A stretch of DNA of 64,000 nt from Candidatus Roizmanbacteria bacterium RIFCSPHIGHO2_12_FULL_37_23 (GCA_001788095.1 MFZX01000031.1:9736-73735), one strand, 5' to 3'. Counted from the stretch's first letter, positions 29,306-39,338 are shown. The notes: generated from the letters alone by a model not told the origin. Program-made: numbers and translations.

Positions 29306-29378
29306 AGGGAGCCACCAAACACGCAAGCTCTGGCTTGCAAACGGTTTCTGGGGCGGGACCGGTGTTTGGTGGCTCCCT
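29306..29378. repeat. 17-bp perfect inverted repeat agggagccaccaaacac / gtgtttggtggctccct with 39-nt spacer containing an inner hairpin gcaag-ctctgg-cttgc; lies at the GC-island / AT-rich boundary
   Basis: Read directly from sequence. Confidence 0.6.
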
Positions 29379-29532
29379 TGGGGGCTTTGCTATTTGTGCT
29401 GCACGACACCGAAGGGTTTACGAGATACTGGCAAGAGTTTGTTTCTTGCTTTTTTGTTTTTTTTGTTTTGTATCTTGTTGTTTGTTTGTCCCTTTGGTGT
29501 CGTGTGTTGTAGTTTTAATCATATCTTAATCT

Positions 29533-30654
29533 TTGTCTGCTATTATCTTTCCCATGTCAGACCAAACCCCTTACTACGTCGCCTTCTCATATATGCTGGG
29601 TATTGGGCCTGTTCATTTTGCACAACTTATGCAACGTTTTGGAGATCCAAAATCTGCATATCAAGCAACAACAAAAGATCTTTATAAAATTTTAGGAAGA
29701 AATCTCGCGGAAAAATTTGATACCTTCAGAAAAAAATGTATACCTCATAGTATAGTAAAATACTTGTTAACAAAAAATGTACAAATATTACACCAAGGAT
29801 CTTCATATTACCCAAAAAAACTCGTTCATATACCTGATCCTCCTATTTGTTTATATCTTAGAGGAAATATAAATATCCTACATGAACATCCTGATGATTT
29901 CATAGCAATTGTTGGTACACGAAAACCTAGTTCATATGGCAAAGAGACTACACGACAATGTGTGAAATTATTATGCGAATATGACTATACCATTATTTCT
30001 GGGATGGCTTTAGGGATTGACAGCATAGCCCATTCCTGCGCATTAGACAATGGAGGAAAAACAATAGCTGTCTTAGGATGCGGAATTGAAGTAGTATATC
30101 CCCACCAAAATACACACTTATTTAAAAGGATTTTAGATTGTAATGGCGCTGTTATAAGTGAATTTCCTCCTCCGATGACCACGATGAAAGGTCTTTTTGT
30201 TTCACGCAATCGTATTGTTTCTGGTCTTTCTAAGGCTGTCATTGTCGTAGAGGGTACAGAAAAATCAGGAACTCTCATAACTGCGCGTTATGCAGCAGAA
30301 CAAGGGAGAGACGTCTTTGCAATCCCAGGTGAAATAAATTCTCCCCTCTCTAGAGCCCCAAACTTACTTATTAAAAACGGGGCTACGATCATTACTTCTC
30401 CCCAAGATATTCTTGAATCATACAACACTGAGATAAAAAGTCATGTTCGAAAAACTATCTTAAACTCTGTGGATGCACATGAAAAAATGGTTCTTGAACA
30501 ACTCATCCATGAATCTTCATATATCGACACCATTGCCCGCACAGTGAATATGCCAATTCCACACATAACAAGCATACTTACATCACTTGAAATCAAGGGA
30601 TTTATTGCAAAAAACGATAAAGGAGAATATTATATAACGAATGGATATACGTAA
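29533..30654 (+). CDS. dprA: DNA processing protein A (DprA/Smf)
   Basis: Rossmann-like DprA core: VISGMALGIDSIAHSCALDNGGKTIAVLGCGIEVVYP...; C-terminal winged helix. Confidence 0.8.
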   Translation: MSAIIFPMSDQTPYYVAFSYMLGIGPVHFAQLMQRFGDPKSAYQATTKDLYKILGRNLAEKFDTFRKKCIPHSIVKYLLTKNVQILHQGSSYYPKKLVHIPDPPICLYLRGNINILHEHPDDFIAIVGTRKPSSYGKETTRQCVKLLCEYDYTIISGMALGIDSIAHSCALDNGGKTIAVLGCGIEVVYPHQNTHLFKRILDCNGAVISEFPPPMTTMKGLFVSRNRIVSGLSKAVIVVEGTEKSGTLITARYAAEQGRDVFAIPGEINSPLSRAPNLLIKNGATIITSPQDILESYNTEIKSHVRKTILNSVDAHEKMVLEQLIHESSYIDTIARTVNMPIPHITSILTSLEIKGFIAKNDKGEYYITNGYT

Positions 30655-31069
30655 AATTAAGTCATTCCAACAAATCGAAGAATTTATCGAGGTTTATTAT
30701 AGACTTCTGCCTTCGTTACCGCTTAATATAAGAAAAAGCATCGCTACATACCTTCCGCCCTTGGCCGCTCTTGTGGGGATTTATCATATTATCGTAGCTC
30801 TCTTACCTCCTCCTTACTCTATTCTCGAATCTTATACGTTCTTTTCAATTAATTCCATCATGCTACGCGGTGTTCTTATTGTTCTAGGACTTGCACTTAT
30901 TACGTCATATAAAAATCTCGCGCAGCTTTCTCTAAAAGGCTGGTACAACCTCTACTACATCGCCTTTTTCCACTTCTTTCTGAGTCTTATTTTCTTTAAT
31001 CTCACTTACTTTATTTCCCCTCTTATCGTATGGTACGTGTTGTTTCAGGCGAAACGATTTTATAGATAA
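30641..31069 (+). CDS. small membrane protein, unknown function
   Basis: 142 aa, 3-4 hydrophobic helices. Confidence 0.35.
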   Translation: MDIRKIKSFQQIEEFIEVYYRLLPSLPLNIRKSIATYLPPLAALVGIYHIIVALLPPPYSILESYTFFSINSIMLRGVLIVLGLALITSYKNLAQLSLKGWYNLYYIAFFHFFLSLIFFNLTYFISPLIVWYVLFQAKRFYR

Positions 31070-31125
31070 ATCTTATAAGAAGTCACAAGTATGTCTATTC
31101 GCATTTGTGACGTAACTATAAAGAC

Positions 31126-32274
31126 ATGACTCGCAAAAGAAAAGGAAATTACAAAAAGAGGTTCATATTCTTACTACTTGTAGGAGCGTTAGTCATAATT
31201 GGGCTTTATTCAACTAAGAATCTTTACCAAAAAACTATCGTAGATATACCTAAGATCACCAAAATACAACAACTCATTTCACCTATTCCAACTCAAACTA
31301 ACTCATTCCAACTTTTTTCAACCTCTTTATTTGTCCCTTACTGGACCCTCAAAAATACTGAGTTCAATTCTCCAATCTCTCTGCAAGACGGCGGCTTCAA
31401 ATCTCAAATCAACACGCTTATCTACTTTGGTATAACCCCTACCGAAACGGAAATTAACAAAAATGAGCCGGGGTTCTATAATTTGTCAACTTTTAGTATT
31501 TCAAAAAACTCATATCGCGCCTTGCTGACGATCCGGATGTCAAATGAGGATGTTACTTCAACGATTCTCGAAAATGAGACTTCTCAAAAAACAATCATCC
31601 AAGAAACTCTCGAAATAGCTTCCCAATATGATTTTGACGGTATAGTGTTAGATTTAGAACATTCTGTTCTCCCTACATCAGACATTATTCAACAGATCAC
31701 AGATTTCGTAGAAACATTCTCATTGCAAACAAAACAGCAAGAATTAACATTTGGTATGACTATATACGGTGATACATATTATCGTCAAAGACCATATGAT
31801 CTTAAGGCTTTAGATCAATACGTTGATCAATTCTATATCATGGCATACGACTTTCATAAAAGTTACGGTGAACCGGGTCCAAATTTTCCCCTTAAAGGAA
31901 AAGAAATATATGGATACGATATGGAAATAATGATTCGTCAGCTCATTTCTGATATTGACGCTCAAAAACTTACTATCCTGTTTGGTCTGTTTGGTTATGA
32001 TTGGTCAGTGGACGACCAAAATCGCCCGTTGAAACCAGCTCAATCGCTTACATTACGTCAGATCAAAAACCGCTTTCTCGAATCTTGTCCATTCACACCA
32101 TGCTCTATACAAAGAGATAATCTTTCAGCGGAAACAAGCATACAGTATGCAGACGAGACTGGCCAAAAACATGTCGTATGGTTTGAAGATGAAACCTCAG
32201 TAGGTGAAAAAGTAACATTCTTGAACTCGAATTCCATCTCTAATATAGGATATTGGGCATGGGGATACTATTGA
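31126..32274 (+). CDS. membrane-anchored GH18-like (chitinase-fold) protein
   Basis: N-terminal TM; DFDGIVLDLEH resembles the GH18 DGxDxDWE catalytic motif (one Asp replaced). Confidence 0.45.
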   Translation: MTRKRKGNYKKRFIFLLLVGALVIIGLYSTKNLYQKTIVDIPKITKIQQLISPIPTQTNSFQLFSTSLFVPYWTLKNTEFNSPISLQDGGFKSQINTLIYFGITPTETEINKNEPGFYNLSTFSISKNSYRALLTIRMSNEDVTSTILENETSQKTIIQETLEIASQYDFDGIVLDLEHSVLPTSDIIQQITDFVETFSLQTKQQELTFGMTIYGDTYYRQRPYDLKALDQYVDQFYIMAYDFHKSYGEPGPNFPLKGKEIYGYDMEIMIRQLISDIDAQKLTILFGLFGYDWSVDDQNRPLKPAQSLTLRQIKNRFLESCPFTPCSIQRDNLSAETSIQYADETGQKHVVWFEDETSVGEKVTFLNSNSISNIGYWAWGYY

Positions 32275-32660
32275 ATTCCTCTCCTTTTTCTGCCACAATG
32301 AATTCTATGAACCAGTCATCGGGGACGTCATTGAATTTCACAAAATTACCTCCTCTCAATGCAAAATCCGGAAACAAAAAGACACTTCTTATTATATTAA
32401 TACTTGTATTTTTTGTTATTGCCGTGCTCATAGGAGTTTATCTCGTTTCCCAAAGACAAACGCTACAAACACCAGCTCAAACCATAGAAGAACTACAAGC
32501 CGAACCAACACCTGCCGATAATCAAAATTCACCACCAGAAGAAGAAAATCCACCACCAACTGAAAATCCTCCAGATAATCCGCCTACAGAACCACCTTCC
32601 GGTGATAATGCATGTATATTAGAAGTTCATGTTACCTGTCAAGGTTGTAGTGGAAACTAA
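32253..32660 (+). CDS. small secreted Pro-rich protein
   Basis: TM anchor then PPEEENPPPTENPPDNPPTEPP. Confidence 0.3.
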   Translation: MGMGILLNSSPFSATMNSMNQSSGTSLNFTKLPPLNAKSGNKKTLLIILILVFFVIAVLIGVYLVSQRQTLQTPAQTIEELQAEPTPADNQNSPPEEENPPPTENPPDNPPTEPPSGDNACILEVHVTCQGCSGN

Positions 32661-33468
32661 AACAAAAGCAGCACATATCAATACAGGAGCTGGAAAAATC
32701 AGCCGGAGAAATCTTGTTATACTCATAGCTCTTTTTATCGTGCTTATTGGAGTGGTGACAGGATTGCTGGTAGTACAACAACCTCAAAACATTAAGCCTG
32801 AAGCTGCTGGGGGTGCATGTCCAGCTGAAGCACTTACATGTAGCTGGAACCGCGAGGCCGGAGTAAGCTACGAATATACTATTTTTGATATTACTAATGG
32901 ATCACTACCCGTTAAGCAGGGATCTGTTCCAGCCTCAAACGAGACCGGACAGGTTAATATTTATCATCAACCCGAACCTAATCACACATATCGATGCGCA
33001 GTAACAGCCTCAAATGGATGTAGTGCAGAAGGCCAAGCTTCTTGTCAAGTTACCGAAGCTCCTCCTACTAGTCCCCCCCCTGCAACTGAAACACCTACAG
33101 CTGCTCCAACAGAAGAGATTCAACCTATTGATCAGGGTGTAAGTACTTCGCCTTCACCAACAGCAAGTCCATCTGGCAGACTAACACCCACGGATATAAT
33201 CGTTGTTCATGCAACAAATACACCCACGCCTCAAATAAAAACAGGTGGTACTGGTGGATCAAATATCACTGTAGCAACTAAAACCCCAACACCAACTACA
33301 AGTACAAATAAAGTAGTTTCTCCAACCACTTCAAGCTCATCTTCGAGCTCAAAAACAACAATTACCCCTCGAGCAACAATCACGCTCCCAGCAACTGGAA
33401 TAGCCGAACTCTCTGTAGTAATTCTCCTTTTCGGCGTACTCATTATCGCCGTAGGCTTAGTACTTTAA
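32629..33468 (+). CDS. surface protein with PT/S-rich linker and C-terminal LPATG sortase-type sorting motif followed by a hydrophobic tail
   Basis: ...ITLPATGIAELSVVILLFGVLIIAVGLVL*. Confidence 0.45.
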   Translation: MLPVKVVVETKTKAAHINTGAGKISRRNLVILIALFIVLIGVVTGLLVVQQPQNIKPEAAGGACPAEALTCSWNREAGVSYEYTIFDITNGSLPVKQGSVPASNETGQVNIYHQPEPNHTYRCAVTASNGCSAEGQASCQVTEAPPTSPPPATETPTAAPTEEIQPIDQGVSTSPSPTASPSGRLTPTDIIVVHATNTPTPQIKTGGTGGSNITVATKTPTPTTSTNKVVSPTTSSSSSSSKTTITPRATITLPATGIAELSVVILLFGVLIIAVGLVL

Positions 33469-33510
33469 TAAGCTCTCCTAAGTTCACTTAAAACCAACAG
33501 CAGAAAAGCA

Positions 33511-33533
33511 GGTGGCAGGACTGGAAGGGCTCC
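33511..33533 (+). other. conserved GC-rich intergenic motif ggtggcaggactggaagggctcc (copy 1)
   Basis: 21/23 identical to 41636-41658. Confidence 0.35.
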
Positions 33534-33918
33534 CGCCAGCGCGCAGTCGTTACAATACGAATAGTTGTGCGAGCACTGGTGGGAGGGAAAGTCCTGACGG
33601 AATCTGCTTTAATTGGGTTTTGAAGATAATAAACTTTCCACTTGACTTCTCCTATAATATAATGTTATGATGAGGGTATAAAAGGCATTTTGGATTGGTA
33701 GGTTAAAGATAATTGAACTCGAATAGGATGCATGATATAATATCCTATAGGATTAATTATATTTACCCTATAAATCGATATCATTATTATGATTAACACT
33801 ACCAATTCAGTTTGTTCTCTCCTGCCTAAGCCGGTCTTACCGGACATGGCGCATATATTAACGGAAAGTCTTATAGCTTCTTGTTATAAAGGGCTAAAAC
33901 TTATATTGTAATATACAT

Positions 33919-36519
33919 ATGTCAGCAGAAATGGAAGTACCAGTTGAGGAGGAAAGCGTCGCACCGATTGATTTTAGAGTGGTTGAAAGACATGATAAAT
34001 CCTGGGGTGAAATGGATACTCGTGAACGAGGTTTGTGGACTACAAGACTTCTTGCTTATGGAGGCCCACTTGCATTCTCGATCATCGCTGCTCTACACCC
34101 ACAACCAGCTCATGCTCGCCCACTTGAGCAAGATCCTGTGAATCAAAGACCTGGTTATGAAATTCATATGGGACAAAGTGAACTCGACGCACTTCGCGGA
34201 CCAGGTATAGCAAATGATATGTATGACGGTTTTGACGGACCTGATCCTGACGATGAGCCAGGAGCAGAAAAAGAACCTGATTCTCAGGCTACAGAGTCTG
34301 ATCCGGGCCCATCACCAACACCCGATCCTGGTGGTCATGTAACTGGCGAGCCACATTCCATTTTTTTCCCAATAGCTATAAATGGTGATCGTGTTTCACT
34401 TGCAACGCCGTCTGAAGAGCCTACTGAGCCACTACACACTCCAACACCAGTCATTAAATTTACTCCTACCCCTTCGCCAAGTCCTATTCCCTCTCCTTCT
34501 CCATCACCCATACCTACACCAGCGCCATATACTGTCACGCTTGATACCGACGCACTCATTTATCATGTGCCAGACGGCGATTCGCTAAGACACGACGGTG
34601 GAGATGAGCCATATGTGTATAGGGGTCATGATATTCCTGAAAATGGAGAACAAGTATTTGTTTGCGTAGATGATCCTGAAAGTCCAGATGGTAAGGGATT
34701 CGTAGAAATTCATGACCTAAATGATGCAATCGATCCTTCAGAAATGCGCCCTATGGACCCTGAATGCGACAAAGATATGGCTTTTAAAGCAGTTGTCCAA
34801 AGAATTAATACAACTGATGAACCTTTAAAACAACAAGTAATCATTGAGCCTATTCGACTAGAAGGTGAAACCGATTTCACACTCCATCTAAGCAGTGATC
34901 CCGAAAACGGATTAAAGGAACCGAAACCTGGTACATTTGTGGAGTTTGCACGAGGAGAACGCGTCATGCCGCAAGAAGATTTTAGCGGAGAAATGATGAC
35001 GCTTGGCGGTATTCGAGGTGAAGGAGTCAGATTTTTAGGAGATGGTATGTTTCAGTTTGAAGGACATGGAGCAAATAGTGAACCTATGCCAATTCCCGAT
35101 GATGGTGTTATACGAGTTCAATATCCGCAAGCTGGAGGAAACTTTGCCGTAGTTGGTGAAGATGCTGTTCCTATTCGGCCTATTGGAAAAATGCCTACAC
35201 AAGATGATGTGCGATGGCAGGAAATAGTGTATCCATATGTTGAAACACCTGCTGGGGGTGAAGTTGATATGGAAATTGAAGTAAACGTTGCTGCAGATCA
35301 TGCCCCTCGCGATAACGACGCGCTCGTAGTGGGAAATGGCCTTAAAGACGCTGAGAATCAAGGAGCGGGTGATCCAAATGTATCAAACATTGCAATAGCT
35401 CCTGATTGGAACGATATATATTATCCTATTGAAATACCGGACTTCCAAAATGTAGCGGGTATTAATGCAGATGAGCTTGCAGTTTACACCACGTATTGGG
35501 ATGAAACAGATCGAAGATGGCCACTGGGCTACGGGCTTGATCGTCCAGTTGTTCAAGAGCTTCGAGTGGCTGCAGTAGAACGTGGTATTGACTTAAGTGG
35601 AAAGTTCTCAGCCGATCTCACTTTAGATCAATATAATCGCTTAAAAAAACTTCCTGGTGCCAATCGGCTTAGAGAAGTAGAGAAAATATATAATCAACGA
35701 ATCGTCGATGCTGTTGAAGTAACAACACCAGATGGATATTTTAGTCTTGGAATGGGGAGTTGGTATGTAAATACCGATGTCTCCCCTTTTATGAGGCTCT
35801 ATAATAATGAACCTAGAACATTTTTTGTTGACTTATTTGAAAAAGCTCGCGAATTAAAACCTGATATTAAAACCAGTGCCCGTTTTGTGAACTTCAACGT
35901 AGAACCAGAGTATCAAGGATTTTGTTATCCTGAAGAACCAGTATGTTTGACGAGTGATGTTATTGGAGAATATGCACAAGCTGCTAAGCTGGATCGCATT
36001 GAGCTTATAGCTACAAGGAATGTGCAGTTTGGCAATGAAAGGATACCGTTTGAGAGAAGAATCGAAATTATCAAAGAAATATATGAGCATCTTACACCTG
36101 GTACCAGAATTCTTCTTGAGGGTATTGGTTTGGTAAGTTATACAAGCGGTGATAGGTATGATTATAGTTATTCGCTTGCCTACCATCAAGAAATATTACA
36201 GATGTATTATGCTTTGCTTGCAGAAGGCATCCCTGTTGATCTGGAGTTTTTCGCAGACGGCTCTGGGTTTTATCCTAATTTTGTTGACGGGCCTATGCCA
36301 CGAGATGTACGTGATTTTGATGTACACGGATATGGGCTTCGCGCTGAAGAAGTGTTTGGAGCGGTAAGAGATGCCCTTAGGAAGGGTAATCGTATACAAG
36401 GAAATAGACCACGCCCTGTCACTATAAAACAAGCATTTCCCGGCATTGAACGTGTACAACAAGGGGTTCTTGTTCCCAGACGCGAACTTTTAGTATCTCC
36501 ACACCAAGGACGACGATAA
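33919..36519 (+). CDS. large (866 aa) acidic membrane-anchored/secreted protein with PSPSP linker; unknown function
   Basis: TM near residue 45-60, TPTPSPSPIPSPSPSPIPTPAP linker, moderately GC-rich. Confidence 0.5.
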   Translation: MSAEMEVPVEEESVAPIDFRVVERHDKSWGEMDTRERGLWTTRLLAYGGPLAFSIIAALHPQPAHARPLEQDPVNQRPGYEIHMGQSELDALRGPGIANDMYDGFDGPDPDDEPGAEKEPDSQATESDPGPSPTPDPGGHVTGEPHSIFFPIAINGDRVSLATPSEEPTEPLHTPTPVIKFTPTPSPSPIPSPSPSPIPTPAPYTVTLDTDALIYHVPDGDSLRHDGGDEPYVYRGHDIPENGEQVFVCVDDPESPDGKGFVEIHDLNDAIDPSEMRPMDPECDKDMAFKAVVQRINTTDEPLKQQVIIEPIRLEGETDFTLHLSSDPENGLKEPKPGTFVEFARGERVMPQEDFSGEMMTLGGIRGEGVRFLGDGMFQFEGHGANSEPMPIPDDGVIRVQYPQAGGNFAVVGEDAVPIRPIGKMPTQDDVRWQEIVYPYVETPAGGEVDMEIEVNVAADHAPRDNDALVVGNGLKDAENQGAGDPNVSNIAIAPDWNDIYYPIEIPDFQNVAGINADELAVYTTYWDETDRRWPLGYGLDRPVVQELRVAAVERGIDLSGKFSADLTLDQYNRLKKLPGANRLREVEKIYNQRIVDAVEVTTPDGYFSLGMGSWYVNTDVSPFMRLYNNEPRTFFVDLFEKARELKPDIKTSARFVNFNVEPEYQGFCYPEEPVCLTSDVIGEYAQAAKLDRIELIATRNVQFGNERIPFERRIEIIKEIYEHLTPGTRILLEGIGLVSYTSGDRYDYSYSLAYHQEILQMYYALLAEGIPVDLEFFADGSGFYPNFVDGPMPRDVRDFDVHGYGLRAEEVFGAVRDALRKGNRIQGNRPRPVTIKQAFPGIERVQQGVLVPRRELLVSPHQGRR

Positions 36520-36563
36520 TGTTACTACTTGCTTTTCAACGCATATCTTTTTAAGATGAAAGT

Positions 36564-38372
36564 ATGAGATATGTGCGATTTTGGACTGTACTCATTTTTT
36601 TCCTCATCACAGCTATAACAGTATTTTTTTATACTCCCTCAGAAACATCTGCTCAAAGTACTACGCTCGTCTGCCCCGCTCCTCCCGCGCCTGATATACC
36701 TTTGGCAGTAGGACAAATCCAACTTCAACGTGGTCCTGGTAAAACATATACATGTGGGCCAGGCAATTATTTTAATATCGGCAAAGGCGGGCCAAATCAG
36801 CCACAAACAGAATGTGATAATCTTGCAGCCGGAGTTGCAGTCCCAGTTGGAGGACAATACAAATACAACCAGCTCAGTGGAGGTTTTCAAAGAGTGTATA
36901 CCCCCATAGCTAATCTTCTGGAAAACGGAGATGATCCCAGAAATTTTACCTGCAATATCACATTAGGTTGTCAGCAATCTTGTGTTCCACCTCAGGTAAT
37001 CGGTATATGTGATCTAAATTGCAATTTTGCAATTATTCCTTCTAGTCTTCAATGTTTACAATATGGAGGAGCGCAATCCTTTGATATCACCATAGTAGGG
37101 CCAGGTACTGGTGTTATGTCATGGGATGATGGTAAACAAGATACACCTGTAGAAGATGGTTCTCCTGTAGCTCATACATATGATAATGCAGGAGTCTACG
37201 ATATAAGACTTAATTGTAATCAAGGTGGTCAGCTATGTTCAAAAAGAGTGAATGTGCTTTGTCAACAGGGTGGTGGTGGTGGACCAACTCCTACCCCATT
37301 ACCTACAGCTACTCCAACACCAACAGGAGGTGCATCATGCGCTCCAGGTCTCCAATGTATGGATCCTTGCGCATGTAACACAAACTCTGCAGCATATCAA
37401 CAAAGTTGTCCAAACGGTCCCGGTTCTGCAATTGGTTCCAAAAAAGGGAAACAGCTCGCAAAAGGCGATAAAGCTGTTTTGGGAACTCAGCTTGCCCAAG
37501 CTGTAGGGGGAGCTCCTGGTAGTATAGCTGATGGAGGAGCTTGTGGACCAGGTCTTGTGTGTTGTCAGGCTGCACCATCTATAGGAACTGATCCTTGGTG
37601 GAAAGTCAAAGATGGTGCGTTCCATAAACTAGGAAATCTTGTTGATCCTATTCCTGATCCAGACAATGCAGATCCTTTTGACAATAATGATGATGGACTG
37701 TGTGATCAAACTGATCCACTTTCAATCACGTGCCTAAATATTAATCAGCCAGGTGTAGTTTCCGCTCATGGATTTATTGATACGGCACATGCTCCAATTT
37801 CGTATAGAGGATGGAAACTTGAAAATGGAAACTATAATCTCAATAATGTTATGACCCCAACTGCGTTTCGGGATTATGTGATAGCTCGAAAAACCTATGT
37901 ACAAATAAATGACTTCTCAGAAATGCAGAATGATACTGTTAACTATATCGTTGGCGACTATACAATAAATAATAACGGACACCAAGGAAAGTCAAATTTC
38001 ATTCTCATTATCGATGGTAATCTAACAGTAGATCAGAATAATCAGTTTAACCCTTCAAACAAACCGATGGGATTTGTGGTAACAGGCAAAATGAGTATTC
38101 GCTCAAACGTCGAAGAAATGAATGGTATTTATATTGCACAGGATGTAGATTTTGCTTCAGATATTCTTCCTGGAAACACAACAGAAAATGAATTAAAAGT
38201 TGATGGGAATCTCGTATCGTTTACTGAAAGTGAATGTACTGAAAAACGACAACGCACCGATAATAACAATAAACCGTCATGTTTCTTTGTACACAATATT
38301 GTGGATCATTACCTCCCGCTCATGGATATGTTATCAGTAAGAACTTATGAATGGGAAGAGCTTGTGCCGTAA
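36564..38372 (+). CDS. secreted Cys-rich protein (602 aa) with GGGGGPTPTPLPTATPTPTGG linker
   Basis: Signal peptide ...SETSAQ, many Cys. Confidence 0.5.
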   Translation: MRYVRFWTVLIFFLITAITVFFYTPSETSAQSTTLVCPAPPAPDIPLAVGQIQLQRGPGKTYTCGPGNYFNIGKGGPNQPQTECDNLAAGVAVPVGGQYKYNQLSGGFQRVYTPIANLLENGDDPRNFTCNITLGCQQSCVPPQVIGICDLNCNFAIIPSSLQCLQYGGAQSFDITIVGPGTGVMSWDDGKQDTPVEDGSPVAHTYDNAGVYDIRLNCNQGGQLCSKRVNVLCQQGGGGGPTPTPLPTATPTPTGGASCAPGLQCMDPCACNTNSAAYQQSCPNGPGSAIGSKKGKQLAKGDKAVLGTQLAQAVGGAPGSIADGGACGPGLVCCQAAPSIGTDPWWKVKDGAFHKLGNLVDPIPDPDNADPFDNNDDGLCDQTDPLSITCLNINQPGVVSAHGFIDTAHAPISYRGWKLENGNYNLNNVMTPTAFRDYVIARKTYVQINDFSEMQNDTVNYIVGDYTINNNGHQGKSNFILIIDGNLTVDQNNQFNPSNKPMGFVVTGKMSIRSNVEEMNGIYIAQDVDFASDILPGNTTENELKVDGNLVSFTESECTEKRQRTDNNNKPSCFFVHNIVDHYLPLMDMLSVRTYEWEELVP

Positions 38373-38423
38373 GGGAGGAATGGAGATTGGAAATTTGAGA
38401 TTTGAGAATTAAAGAACTGAAAA

Positions 38424-39227
38424 ATGAAAACTGAAGCAAATAAAAAATCGGGTCAAATACTTCTTATCGTAGTGCTTGTTGCAACTTTACTAATGACTAT
38501 TGGCCTCTCACTTACGCAGATTACAGTTGATGATACCAAAATTGCGAAGCTCGAGGAAGAAGGCAAAAAAGCACGAGCTGCTGCAGAAGCTGGAATTGAG
38601 GTTGCAATCGACCAATTAGACGTGGGGGAAACTCCAATTCAAATCGGAGATATCGTTGATAATGACATGACTGGACAAGCAGAGTTAACTACAACAACAA
38701 CAAATTCTTTCACAACCCCCCTCATATCTAAAGACGGACTCTATATGTTTTATTTAACAGGATATGATGCGACAACAAAACAGATAATTTCTACTGCTTT
38801 TAATGATGATATTATTGTTAATGTCAATAGTCCAAAAGGAACCTTGTGCGGAACTATTAACGAATTCGCACTCGAACTTACATTTGTCAATAAAACCAGA
38901 GGGATCGTGTCGCGCAAGCTTATTGAAGAATCTGGATGCAACGTTGTAGAAACAACTAATGGGATTGATGAAGTGACTTTTGGGGAAGTTATTCCTACAC
39001 TTCCTTTTTCAGATGACCCTCATCTTCTTATAACTCGTATTATTGCACCTAACGATGCATTTACAGGTGTAAAACTAGATATCGTCAACGCAACTAATAA
39101 CAGCTGGCCAATACAAGGCAGAACGATTATTTCTACAGCTACATCGCCAGCAGGGGTAACTAAAAAAATCAAACTTTTCCAGTCCTTTCCCCAATTCCCA
39201 GCAGAATTCTTTATAACAAGTTTCTAA
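38424..39227 (+). CDS. protein with pilin-like N-terminus (KKSG|QILLIVVLVATLL)
   Basis: Basic residues, Gly, then about 20 hydrophobic residues as in class III (prepilin) signals. No E+5, so only pilin-like. Confidence 0.35.
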   Translation: MKTEANKKSGQILLIVVLVATLLMTIGLSLTQITVDDTKIAKLEEEGKKARAAAEAGIEVAIDQLDVGETPIQIGDIVDNDMTGQAELTTTTTNSFTTPLISKDGLYMFYLTGYDATTKQIISTAFNDDIIVNVNSPKGTLCGTINEFALELTFVNKTRGIVSRKLIEESGCNVVETTNGIDEVTFGEVIPTLPFSDDPHLLITRIIAPNDAFTGVKLDIVNATNNSWPIQGRTIISTATSPAGVTKKIKLFQSFPQFPAEFFITSF

Positions 39228-39246
39228 TGCTCTAATCCCAATGTCC

Positions 39247-39310
39247 CCTAGGTTGTGAACGTAACCAACCTTCGATGTTGGTTTGTACTCCAACCTCTGT
39301 ACCTGAGGCT
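39247..39310 (+). repeat. R1 repeat variant b immediately upstream of argS; generates the spurious N-terminal extension of the track ORF
   Basis: ctaggttgtgaacgtaaccaaccttcgatgttggtttgtactccaacctctgtacc. Confidence 0.6.
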
Positions 39311-39338
39311 GGAAAAATCTGATACAATAATACCGATT

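Larger units (their letters stand above)
26590..29400. other. GC-rich island 2 (clearly >60% GC outside an AT-rich 27930-28400 insert): haloarchaeon-like coding style, long perfect inverted repeats, host repeats inserted
   Basis: Composition; codon style GAC/GAG/ACG/GCG; encoded proteins below. Confidence 0.55.

Noticed and set aside
26721-29318. Long minus-strand and alternative-frame ORFs inside the GC-rich island (for example 26721-27305, 27299-27526, 28651-28941, 28975-29211)
   Set aside because: High GC removes stop codons and gives long spurious ORFs. These are antisense or out of frame to the more plausible signal-peptide and acidic-protein genes, and have Arg/Pro/Gly-rich nonsense composition.
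33481-33640. SRP RNA or RNase P RNA in the 33.5 kb intergenic region (GGAAGG and GGGAAAGTCC strings)
   Set aside because: No AGCAGC or helix-8 symmetric loop could be folded. It is too short and lacks P4 pairing for RNase P. Left as an unassigned motif.
39255-39338. Track start of argS at 39255 and the antisense ORF 39075-39293
   Set aside because: Both read through the R1 repeat (yielding ...YKPTSKVGY... in either gene). The argS start is more plausibly the ATG at 39339, just downstream of a -10-like hexamer.
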